A DNA stretch of 64,000 nt. Source: Escherichia coli. Lineage in GTDB: Bacteria; Pseudomonadota; Gammaproteobacteria; Enterobacterales; Enterobacteriaceae. Under the pieces are notes generated by a model. It saw only the letters and a list, made by a program, of their open reading frames with translations, did no database searches and had not been told where the DNA came from. This document shows positions 18,207 to 26,973 of the stretch, one piece after another; positions within the stretch are counted from its first letter, which is position 1; every line of letters begins with the position of its first letter. The translations under genes were made by a program, and so were the position numbers. Where the stretch lies: NCBI RefSeq assembly GCF_016903815.1, contig NZ_CP069973.1; one strand, written 5' to 3'.

Positions 18207-19493
18207 ATGTCCAGAAATACCCTCAACAAATTAACAGACCGTCAGTGCAAAGCAGCTAAGCCACGAGACAAAACTTATAAATTGTCTGATGGTGGTGGTC
18301 TTTATCTTGAAGTATCCCAGACCGGGTCGAAGTATTGGCGAATGAAGTATCGCCGCCCATCAGATAAGAAAGAAGACAGACTTGCTTTTGGTGTATATCC
18401 AACCATTAGCTTACAAGACGCCAGAGAAAAACGAGACAACGCCAAAAAGTTGTTAGTCAAGGGGATAGATCCCAAAGCAGAGCAAAGAGCAGCAAAAGCA
18501 GAAGAAAAAGGCGCATTCACTTTTGAGACAATAGGACGTCAATGGGTTGAAAGCCACCAGATGTGGAACGAAGACCACCGAAAACGCGTACTTAGAAGCC
18601 TTGAAATGTATATTTTCCCTCACATTGGCACTTCGGATATTCGCAAACTGGAGGCGATGACAATTTTACCTTTGTTTAAGAAGGTAGATGACGCCGGGAA
18701 ACACGATACAGCCAACCGACTTAAACAACGAGTTAAGGACATCATACATAGCGCCCGTCTGAGCGGCATTAAGACAGAAATCATCACGAATGATCTCGAT
18801 GTCCGGTTAATGCAATATGAAACTAAGCATCATGCCGCACTACATCCCAGAGATTTACCAGACTTTTTCACTCGATTGGGCAGCTTTAAAGGTAATCCTC
18901 TTACCCGCCTTGCCATTGAGCTAACCATGTTGACATTTGTTCGTTCAAGCGAGTTAAGGTTTGCCCGTTGGAAAGAGTTTGACCTTGATCGGGCTGAGTG
19001 GATTATCCCTAAAAAAAGAGAGCCTATCGATGGTGTGAGGTTTTCCACCCGTGGCACAAAAACGGGAAAAGACGAACATATCGTGCTTCTTAGCCGTCAG
19101 GCTGTTTCTATTGTAAAGCAGTTGAGAGAACTAAGCGGAAGCTACGATGTTGTGTTTCCGAATGAAAGAAACACCAAAGGCGTGATGAGTGAAAACACGG
19201 TAAACAAGGCATTACGCTTAATGGGCTATAACACGCAAGAGGACGTAACTGGACATGGATTCCGTGCCACAGCCTGTAGTTCCCTGATGGAGTCCGGTTT
19301 GTGGCAGGAGGACGCAGTAGAGCGCCAGATGAGCCACAAAGAATATAAAGACGTTAAAAGAGCCTACAAGCACAAGGCTGATTACTTAGAAGAGCGCAAA
19401 CTAATGCTTCAATGGTGGGCAGATTATCTGGACGCCAATCGAGAAATACATATAAGCCCTTACGAGTTCGGAAGGAGAACACGCCGTGACTAA
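18207..19493 (+). CDS. int: Tyrosine integrase, P4/IntS type (DUF4102 arm-binding N-domain)
   Basis: 428 aa. The N-terminus LTDRQCKAAKPRDKTYKLSDGGGLYLEV..GSKYWRMKYR, the catalytic region with HGFRATA, and the C-terminus YLEERKLMLQWWADYLD are all typical of P4-family integrases. Confidence 0.92.
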   Translation: MSRNTLNKLTDRQCKAAKPRDKTYKLSDGGGLYLEVSQTGSKYWRMKYRRPSDKKEDRLAFGVYPTISLQDAREKRDNAKKLLVKGIDPKAEQRAAKAEEKGAFTFETIGRQWVESHQMWNEDHRKRVLRSLEMYIFPHIGTSDIRKLEAMTILPLFKKVDDAGKHDTANRLKQRVKDIIHSARLSGIKTEIITNDLDVRLMQYETKHHAALHPRDLPDFFTRLGSFKGNPLTRLAIELTMLTFVRSSELRFARWKEFDLDRAEWIIPKKREPIDGVRFSTRGTKTGKDEHIVLLSRQAVSIVKQLRELSGSYDVVFPNERNTKGVMSENTVNKALRLMGYNTQEDVTGHGFRATACSSLMESGLWQEDAVERQMSHKEYKDVKRAYKHKADYLEERKLMLQWWADYLDANREIHISPYEFGRRTRRD

Positions 19494-20241
19494 GATGACA
19501 GGACTAGATGCGTTTTATAACGAGTCAGAAGATAAAATCTGGTTTGGTAATCTGATCAGCGAACTGGCAAGACTAAACAATGAAAATGAAAGAATGATCG
19601 CTGCCGCTATCTTAAGTAACTACAGATTGAGCAAAGCTAAACCAGATACTTTAGGGGGGCTGGGCTTTTATCAGTTCGATTGGGTATCAGGTTTTACAAC
19701 TAATGACGACTTTGAAAAGCAGTGTGTGGAGTTTTTAGGTCTTCTGGCTATGGGGCATGAATACAGGGAGAGCCCGATACCGGGGGAAGAAGGGACTTTC
19801 AACGTTAGGAAAGGGGAAGACTTTTTATATCACGATGATGAGGATGATTGGTATGGGTCTTACGATTCGTTTTATTTCAAGCGCTCCGAGGTTGTGAACT
19901 TCTTCCCAGAACTGGATATGAATGTTCCAGATAACGAACCAGAAATTGGAGCACTGTCAAAAAAAGTAGAAAGAGAACAAAACTGGAGAGGAAAAGATAC
20001 GGCTTTAAAGATGATCGCCGGAATGGCGATTGCCTTATTTGAATCAAGCAAAGATTTCCATAGTGGAGGAAACCTTAGTATCAATAGGGTTAGTGCCCAA
20101 GTAATAGAAAACAACATAATATTCGGGAACGATGAAGACAGCGATACCCACCCAGATACATTTCGGAGATTGCTAACGAACGCTTTGGATAAGTACGCCC
20201 CCAAATTTAAGAAAAAAGCAACCAAAAAGCGTCCAAAATAA
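19486..20241 (+). CDS. Hypothetical protein overlapping the int stop; Lys-rich C-terminal tail
   Basis: 251-aa ORF (GTG 19486 or ATG 19495) ending KFKKKATKKRPK. I recognise no family. Confidence 0.6.
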   Translation: MTKMTGLDAFYNESEDKIWFGNLISELARLNNENERMIAAAILSNYRLSKAKPDTLGGLGFYQFDWVSGFTTNDDFEKQCVEFLGLLAMGHEYRESPIPGEEGTFNVRKGEDFLYHDDEDDWYGSYDSFYFKRSEVVNFFPELDMNVPDNEPEIGALSKKVEREQNWRGKDTALKMIAGMAIALFESSKDFHSGGNLSINRVSAQVIENNIIFGNDEDSDTHPDTFRRLLTNALDKYAPKFKKKATKKRPK

Positions 20242-20397
20242 AGGAAGGATGTTCCCAAATTGTGCGTTAGAACTAAAAAATAACGCCCAATTTGGGGTAA
20301 TTCTATTCCCAAAAATTTTTTCTCCAAATTCACAGAAAACTTAAAAAAACAATGATTTACTATCTCACATAGTCAAGCAACGTATTACGAGGTAGAT

Positions 20398-20589
20398 ATG
20401 AAAAAGTCGCTGATTCGGCTATCTGAGGTTTTGAAACGCACTGGCTATAGCAAGGCGTGGGTATATGCTCTGATGAGCCGAGGACAATTCCCCCAATCAG
20501 TCAAGATTGGTGCTCGCGCAATAGCTTTTATTGAAAGCGAGATCGATGACTGGATCGATCAACGTATAGCCGAATCGCGTAGTAACTAA
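20398..20589 (+). CDS. AlpA-family transcriptional regulator / excisionase
   Basis: 63 aa. LIRLSEVLKRTGYSKAWVYALMSRGQFPQSVKIGARAIAFIESEIDDWI is the AlpA (HTH_17) pattern. Confidence 0.85.
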   Translation: MKKSLIRLSEVLKRTGYSKAWVYALMSRGQFPQSVKIGARAIAFIESEIDDWIDQRIAESRSN

Positions 20590-20637
20590 AGAACAGAAAC
20601 AAACAGGATACAAACAATACGTTATTAGGTATTAAGA

Positions 20638-20829
20638 ATGCAGTTGAAACCTACCAATCAAAAGCTGAACGTAACCCATGTTGATTTTGAAACCTTCGCG
20701 GCACTGATTAGATCAGAGCCACAAAAGGTGAGCACCAGCACCTGGGTTTATGATGTGAAATCCACCAGCGGTGGAAAAGCTATCGGCATTGCCTCTGGCG
20801 ATGATTACTTAGTAATAGATCTGATTTAA
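20638..20829 (+). CDS. Hypothetical protein
   Basis: 63-aa ORF on the same strand as the island's regulatory genes. Confidence 0.45.
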   Translation: MQLKPTNQKLNVTHVDFETFAALIRSEPQKVSTSTWVYDVKSTSGGKAIGIASGDDYLVIDLI

Positions 20830-20910
20830 TCGCACAAAAATTGTAGAGTAATTTGGGGAGACAGGAAGTCTCCTCCATATTACATTTTGGTACAACAGTA
20901 AGGGAATAAA

Positions 20911-21105
20911 ATGATTAATTACCTGACCGCTAAAGACGCAGCAGAATATCTTGGCGTCTGTCTGTCACGCTTCTATCAGTTAAAGCGATATATCCGAAGC
21001 TTTCCTCCCTATATAAATCAGACCATCAATGGACGCAAGCGCCGGGTGTGGCTTGCCTCCAGCCTTGATCAATTTGCCGACAGATTTCTGGGGGGACGAA
21101 AATGA
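20911..21105 (+). CDS. Small HTH DNA-binding protein (excisionase-family fold)
   Basis: 64 aa. LTAKDAAEYLGVCLSRFYQLKR is HTH-like. ATGA-coupled to the next ORF. Confidence 0.6.
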   Translation: MINYLTAKDAAEYLGVCLSRFYQLKRYIRSFPPYINQTINGRKRRVWLASSLDQFADRFLGGRK

Positions 21106-21488
21106 GCACTCTTACACGCTCTCAGGTCGCCGCGAATATACGCGATATCCTACTAAGTGGCAGGAAGCTTACCCCAAAAGAGTTTGACGACATATTAAGG
21201 AAAGCCGGAAATCACGAACGTAGTCGCGTTTTAACGCTGTTACGCAACGATTGGGGAATTCCTGTTGAGCAGTTTAAAACAGAGGCGTATCACGTCACAG
21301 AACGCAATTTAGAAGCATACCACAGCGATAAAGACGAAACATTGAAGATCTGGAGGACGAACGCCAGATATGTAAAGACATTGCGTAAGGTAAACATAAC
21401 GTTGTCGTTGTTGCGTGGGCTGGTGGGTAAAGTGCCTGAAGACACGCTTAGAACTGTTTACAAGGGTATTGAAACCAAATACCTGTGA
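21102..21488 (+). CDS. Hypothetical protein
   Basis: 128-aa ORF translationally coupled to the HTH gene and followed by the hairpin AAAGCCGACT...AGTCGGCTTT (21499-21527). Confidence 0.55.
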   Translation: MSTLTRSQVAANIRDILLSGRKLTPKEFDDILRKAGNHERSRVLTLLRNDWGIPVEQFKTEAYHVTERNLEAYHSDKDETLKIWRTNARYVKTLRKVNITLSLLRGLVGKVPEDTLRTVYKGIETKYL

Positions 21489-21556
21489 TTGACAAAGCAG
21501 AAAGCCGACTTTGCGAGAGTCGGCTTTGAAGCAATTGAAATATATGAACTTTACAC

Positions 21557-22609
21557 ATGGAATTATACGATAAAGACGCGAGTCTATCCACAAAATCACA
21601 AGCCGTAATCAATCACATCAATGGTCGCACATTAGCTTATGTGAGATCAGTTACGCACAAACGTAATGAATTAAAGGCGGAGAATAAACGCCAATCATCA
21701 AAGGCTAACCACTGCATACCACCAGCTTGGACAAAGAAGAAATGGCGTACAATGAGGCGAGCTTTGTTTACTCTGGATGTCGAATCAACTAGTGGTATCC
21801 CCTACTCCTTTACCTTCAGACCCGTTAAGGGAACAACGCCAGAGAAATTCAACAAAGCGTTAAAGGCACTTACCAGATGGTTGACTTCGAAAGGCAATCA
21901 GTGGGTTTACGTCATGGAGTGGGCTCAACACCAGTCAGAGCCGCATGTACACGCAATAATTATGGTGAACGAAAGAAGCATTAATGGGCAAGCAGGCAAA
22001 ATTGTCAGCAAATGGGTAACACTGGCAAACAATGCAATCCCATCAAATGTTCCTCCCCAGTGGGATCTAGATTTGAAAGGTCAGCAATATTCAGAGCCTA
22101 CAAGGTGTATAGGTAAACAGATTGATTACATGGCAAAACCCGAAACTAAGTTAAATGACTTTAATAGAGAGGCGAGCAAGAGCCTATATGATTGGTCAGA
22201 TGCCAACGTTTGGGGTTATTCGAATGGCTGGGCGCGGCATGAGATAAAAAAAGAAACACTTTCTATCACTGGCTTTCATGCTGTAAGACGCATACTAAAA
22301 GCCATTCAGGCATCAAGGAAAGACAACTACAAAGTTAAGCGACAGATACAGCGTACATTGAAACGACAAGACATAAATCGCTCACCAATCACCCCGTTCC
22401 AAGCACCGTTAATTAGCAAACACGATTGGGATTTATCAGTGATAGCGGTCACCAAAGAGGCAGAGACAGAGCGCAGGGAGTTACTATCCTCACAGACAAT
22501 AAACTCGAACAAAGTACAAACCCACCCGCTGTTAAGGATGTTAAGAAAAGCACGAGTGAGAGCATCCAGAGCCAGAAGAGAAAGCGGAGGTTATGACCAT
22601 TACTACTAG
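21557..22609 (+). CDS. Putative rolling-circle replication initiator, HUH endonuclease (inovirus Gp2-like)
   Basis: 350 aa with three ordered motifs: ALFTLDV (res 69-75), WVYVMEW...PHVHAIIMV (HUH, res 129-137) and IDYMAKP (Y-x-x-K, res 189-195). The C-terminus is basic. Confidence 0.65.
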   Translation: MELYDKDASLSTKSQAVINHINGRTLAYVRSVTHKRNELKAENKRQSSKANHCIPPAWTKKKWRTMRRALFTLDVESTSGIPYSFTFRPVKGTTPEKFNKALKALTRWLTSKGNQWVYVMEWAQHQSEPHVHAIIMVNERSINGQAGKIVSKWVTLANNAIPSNVPPQWDLDLKGQQYSEPTRCIGKQIDYMAKPETKLNDFNREASKSLYDWSDANVWGYSNGWARHEIKKETLSITGFHAVRRILKAIQASRKDNYKVKRQIQRTLKRQDINRSPITPFQAPLISKHDWDLSVIAVTKEAETERRELLSSQTINSNKVQTHPLLRMLRKARVRASRARRESGGYDHYY

Positions 22610-23252
22610 TAGTGACAGATCGTGACAAGGCAGAGCAAAAAACGACCAATATAAGAGAAATATCCCTGCCCAATCGCCAAAAGCGCGGAGCGCGGAGCGC
22701 GGCAAGCGCCGCGAGAGGCGCAAGAAGGCGAACCTATCCATTGAAACGGTCAGAAGAGCGCATCGCGCTCGATGACCGAAGTCCCCACTAACACCGTTAA
22801 CGAAAGATCAAAGTCTTAGAAAAAAATGACGTTTCTTTGAAGGGCTTCCATCCGTAAAAATCAAATTTTGAGATAAAGTACTTATAGAAATTAATCACTC
22901 TATAAGAGTGAGTTGACGTGAGTTTGAAGTGAGCAACATATTAAAAATATATATAATAATCAAACATATAATAACAACTACTGAGCAAAAATCACCAGAA
23001 AACAACGTCAACGTAACGTCACTCTGTAAGCACTTTTTCAGTCACTTTTTGGGTTGAATACACGTATAAATCCCCAACCATGAAATTTGAGCGCGTAAGC
23101 ACGACTCTGAAAGGCTTTTTATCTTTTAACCATTTAATATACCTGAGGTATTGAAGAAGATTCTGAGACATATACTAGAACTTTACCGTGCACGACTAAC
23201 AACATAAACGTTATATTTATATATAAATCAATGAGATAAATACATCCCCATC

Positions 23253-23284
23253 CAAAAAACAAGCATAACGCAAAATTGCGTTAT
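23253..23284 (-). terminator. Rho-independent terminator of the two-gene cargo operon
   Basis: The minus strand reads ATAACGCAA-TT-TTGCGTTAT followed by GCTTGTTTTTT, about 125 nt after the gene B stop. Confidence 0.7.
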
Positions 23285-23407
23285 CAACTTAAAAGGTACG
23301 ATTGAATCTGACAGTCTGCTCTGAGCGAAATGTGGGCACGTTCACCATAAGTCTCCAGATTGAAACGAAATGATAGTGTTAAATGTTCGATAGTTACTTT
23401 TCTAAGC

Positions 23408-24400
23408 TCAACGTTCGTAATAGTAATCCGACACCTCAGTAAAATCTATTTCCTCCCTAGAAAGTAATGATTCCATCTCATCTAGTTTATCGATTTGAGG
23501 CAAAACACTTGTTGGTGAAATCACAACATTAAAGTCCTCATTATATCGGTGACCTACCCTTGTGAGCTCTTTACCTAATTGCAACAATATATAATCACGT
23601 AAAATAAGTTGATTCCGTCTAAATCGAATAAGACGATAGTAATGGAAGAAATCAGAACATTTTGATGAATCATAATTTCTACCATTCCACCCGGTTTTCC
23701 TCGTAGCTCGGAATAATGCTTGCTCTTGCGTATTTTTCCAAATGCTAAAATCAAAGTGACTTTTCGGGTTAGGATTTTCGTATGTTGCTTGAGGATAAAA
23801 ATTAGTAACACCAAATTGATGCTTGTCAATGATCTTTAAAGTCCGATTTTGTTCAGACAACATCCGCCTTAAGGACCTAGGAATTTCGAAACGCATTAGT
23901 TTGTTTTTATCCAAGATTCTTAATTCTCTTGGAAGCATCTCATGATCCCGTTCTAAATATCTTTCACACCGTTTCGGCACATACTGAAAATACACTGAAA
24001 AAAAACAAAATATATTATCAGAAACGAGAGGAGTAATATGTATTTTTTCTTGCTCAGGAACGTTTTGAACAAAATAGTATGCCGTTCCTTGCCAAATCAA
24101 CGATTGCGCTACTGCCTCCACCAATTCACGTATTGTTTCATCTACCGAGTATTTCCTATATCTAGCTTGTAAATTTCCAAACATTTTACGTATGAGTTCT
24201 TCGTCGTTAGTTTCGACTTGAAACAAATTGGTATCACCGTGATTTACAAAATTAAAAACTCTAGCAAAATCCTCATAAAACATCCTTTGATAGAAACCTG
24301 GTCGTTCATTCTTAGACTTGGTCAATAGTCTATCAACAAAACTTAATTGCTCAGGATCGACGCTATAACCGTAAAGGGGTATATTCTTGATAATTTTCAT
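23408..24400 (-). CDS. Cargo gene B: 330-aa soluble protein of unknown function
   Basis: Long AT-rich ORF, ATGA-overlapped with gene A. No TM segment and no catalytic or DNA-binding motif that I can recognise. Confidence 0.85.
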   Translation of the reverse strand: MKIIKNIPLYGYSVDPEQLSFVDRLLTKSKNERPGFYQRMFYEDFARVFNFVNHGDTNLFQVETNDEELIRKMFGNLQARYRKYSVDETIRELVEAVAQSLIWQGTAYYFVQNVPEQEKIHITPLVSDNIFCFFSVYFQYVPKRCERYLERDHEMLPRELRILDKNKLMRFEIPRSLRRMLSEQNRTLKIIDKHQFGVTNFYPQATYENPNPKSHFDFSIWKNTQEQALFRATRKTGWNGRNYDSSKCSDFFHYYRLIRFRRNQLILRDYILLQLGKELTRVGHRYNEDFNVVISPTSVLPQIDKLDEMESLLSREEIDFTEVSDYYYER

Positions 24401-26862
24401 TCAAAATCCTTATCGTATTCCACGCCAAAACGACGAGCCAACTCACTAACATGGTAATCGATCTTGAAGTCAATTTGCTCGAGTTGCGGGAAAATTTCGA
24501 GAGCACAAAAGAGATGCGATGCATCTGAATGGGAGTTTAAGAACTCTCTGACAACTTTGTTCGTATGAGATTTCCCTCGATTCATTCCCATTTGATCGCT
24601 AAAGCCATCATGTCTTGCGCGGCGCTCAAATTCCATTTTCCAGTTAAGACGAATCATATCTCTCGGTGATGCGCACAAGCTGAAATTGCGCGGATTTGAA
24701 AGAATCATCATTCTCTTCAAATACTGCTGTTTGTTGGGAACAGACTCGAGCCAAGACTTAAACCTATCAAGTACTGTTTTAGATAGTTTTGCATTATCGA
24801 AATAAGCACTGTAAAGGATAGCAAAACCTAGAACTGACATCAGATCGTTGATCGCGGATGAAAGGAGATGCAGTCGAAACTCGTTGTTTATATCGAGTTT
24901 CGGATCTACAAATTTGGTATCTGATGCCAGCAATGAGAGAACCATGAACATAGGGAATACCTTGCTCAGTTTATTTTCATCATTCTGTTCAAGCGCATGT
25001 ATACATTCCTCAGCCAACTCAAAATATATCTGTCCAAAATGATCCGGTAGTTCATCATCTTGCTCTTGTTCAATGATATGTCCCACAATTTCCACCCTAC
25101 CAAGAATAGCTATAGCTTCATCCTGTGTAACGACAAACTGTTTGAGCATTTCAGCAATATTAATTTCTGGTAATGCGTATAGCTTTTCAGAGTAGTGCTC
25201 GTACTTTCTGTATCTCTCCAAGAGCAGAGAAAGTTCATTAAACCAATGGGGAAACTTCAAATGATTATGTAGGCTAGCGAGAACGACTTGCGTTGCGGCT
25301 TCCGGCATCTTCATGTTTATCAGTGAGTTAACGAAATCTGGAACCATGTTTACGTGAAAATCGCATACTTCTGGCAGAATTTTAGAATATTGTTGTAATA
25401 ACTTCTGAACCGCCAACTGCTGGACGTACTTTGGTTTGGATAATCTCTGTCCTTCAATCTCTTTTTCGAATTCGATACGTTCTACGATAAAGGCCAACTC
25501 AACCTGCAGAAAAGCAGGCAAAGTGTGTAGAGAGGTCTCTGTCCAGATATCATCTTTAAAGAACTGCTCCAATTCTTTCTCAAAAGTAATCATGCGGCGT
25601 AACATTTCAAGGCAAAGATTGCTGCCTAATGCAGCCCATGCATCCGCAATTCCAACTTTTATCACCTTTTCCTCAAAATAATTAACGACATCAGACGGTG
25701 TAAAGGCTTTTTCAATGATCGTCTTCATTTTCCGAAGTTCACGTATACCAATATCGAACTGAAACTGTTGTGCATAAGTTAATATACGAGATGAGAATAG
25801 ACTGATGAGATCCAACCCGAGCTTGAAATCACCGGCTTTGAATGCAAGTTCAATATGGCCTACCAACCTATTGATAATTTCATTCTCTAACCAAAGATAA
25901 TTTGGTTCTTCTTCAACCGTTAATTGGCTCCTTGTTTTTAAAGCAATGGATGTTACACTGTCGCCAGCTAAGAACCATTGCTTATGTTTTATTCGTCTAG
26001 GGAACCAGTAACTTTGATAATCAATTCTGTGTTTCTGATTAAGGTAATGAAGAAGTAATGCCGAATAAACATTACTGAGAGCAGGTAAATTATCTCCGAG
26101 TCCTACTTTTTCACATATCAGGCGATCATCAATGTAGTTTAACTGCTCAAAGGCCAAATGTGCGGCTTTAGAGTGATGATTAGCTAAAGATACTGAATTC
26201 TTGGGATTAGACGCACCTTCGATGTGTCGTGCAATTCGTGGGAGTATTTCACTTCGGGCTAACTGATTTAGGTCAAAAAAATTGAATAATCTTTGACCTA
26301 ATGGGAACAGAGCTAAGGAACTAACAAGTGTCAGCAATGTTCCCATTGCATAAACGAAAAGACCGGGTTCAACCCCGAACAAGTGGAGAGCAGTTGCACT
26401 AAGACAAAACACCGCAGAAAGCACTAAAGTCCGCGAATACACATTACCTACCTGCTCGGTAGTAAGCATTTGTATAATATCTCGCCGAAGTCTGGTATAT
26501 CCTGTACTTAGAATGATACCTATTGTAGCAAAGTATATTGAAAATATAGCGGTAAGTATCTGTGCGTACAACCTAAGTTGATCAATATTAAATTTTTTTT
26601 CATCATAGCTAAGAGGATGAAGCAAAATCGTATTATTCCGAATATAATCTTCAACAAAACCCAGTGCAAATAACGTTAATATGACCCATAACAAATTTTT
26701 TAAACCTACCAACGCAAAAGACATAAAAACATGAGCGTTAGACTTAGCTTTAAAAACAGACGTACGATGTATGTATGACGCACGTTCTAAAATAAATCTA
26801 ACCCTCACAAGATCTGTTCTTAATTTCCAGAACCACTTTTGAGAAATAAGCCAAACCTTCAT
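24397..26862 (-). CDS. Cargo gene A: 821-aa membrane protein (4 predicted TM + ~630-aa helical cytoplasmic domain) of unknown function
   Basis: 2.46-kb ORF (ATG 26862; the track uses TTG 26874). Hydrophobic segments at about res 50-75, 107-127, 150-169 and 173-194, with a basic loop TRLRRD between TM2 and TM3. I recognise no domain. Confidence 0.85.
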   Translation of the reverse strand: MKVWLISQKWFWKLRTDLVRVRFILERASYIHRTSVFKAKSNAHVFMSFALVGLKNLLWVILTLFALGFVEDYIRNNTILLHPLSYDEKKFNIDQLRLYAQILTAIFSIYFATIGIILSTGYTRLRRDIIQMLTTEQVGNVYSRTLVLSAVFCLSATALHLFGVEPGLFVYAMGTLLTLVSSLALFPLGQRLFNFFDLNQLARSEILPRIARHIEGASNPKNSVSLANHHSKAAHLAFEQLNYIDDRLICEKVGLGDNLPALSNVYSALLLHYLNQKHRIDYQSYWFPRRIKHKQWFLAGDSVTSIALKTRSQLTVEEEPNYLWLENEIINRLVGHIELAFKAGDFKLGLDLISLFSSRILTYAQQFQFDIGIRELRKMKTIIEKAFTPSDVVNYFEEKVIKVGIADAWAALGSNLCLEMLRRMITFEKELEQFFKDDIWTETSLHTLPAFLQVELAFIVERIEFEKEIEGQRLSKPKYVQQLAVQKLLQQYSKILPEVCDFHVNMVPDFVNSLINMKMPEAATQVVLASLHNHLKFPHWFNELSLLLERYRKYEHYSEKLYALPEINIAEMLKQFVVTQDEAIAILGRVEIVGHIIEQEQDDELPDHFGQIYFELAEECIHALEQNDENKLSKVFPMFMVLSLLASDTKFVDPKLDINNEFRLHLLSSAINDLMSVLGFAILYSAYFDNAKLSKTVLDRFKSWLESVPNKQQYLKRMMILSNPRNFSLCASPRDMIRLNWKMEFERRARHDGFSDQMGMNRGKSHTNKVVREFLNSHSDASHLFCALEIFPQLEQIDFKIDYHVSELARRFGVEYDKDFE

Positions 26863-26973
26863 TATATCAATCAAGTGATACCTGCCTTCTCATCTCTACA
26901 TGCAACATAAAAATGCTTACTATGGTGGCAAACAAAATCAAGAATCATATGTTTGAACACTTTTTACGCACGA

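Noticed and set aside
22715-22735. GAAGGCGAACCT resembling the lambda cohesive-end sequence GGGCGGCGACCT (possible cos site for hijacking helper packaging)
   Set aside because: The match needs an indel and several mismatches, and none of the flanking cosB/cosQ-like sequence I remember is present.
24568-24588. GMNRGKS near the C-terminus of cargo protein A as a possible Walker A P-loop
   Set aside because: The spacing is G-x3-GKS, not G-x4-GK[ST]. There is no downstream Walker B-like hhhhD/E in a plausible position, and the local context is not a beta-strand-loop-helix pattern.
23408-26874. Assigning the A/B pair to Kiwa (KwaA 4-TM + KwaB) or Zorya (ZorA/ZorB)
   Set aside because: KwaA is only about 200 aa, and I cannot see DUF4868-type similarity in B from memory. 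ZorB-type partners have a TM anchor and an OmpA-like domain, which B lacks. The architectural resemblance alone is insufficient, so the pair is left as unknown.
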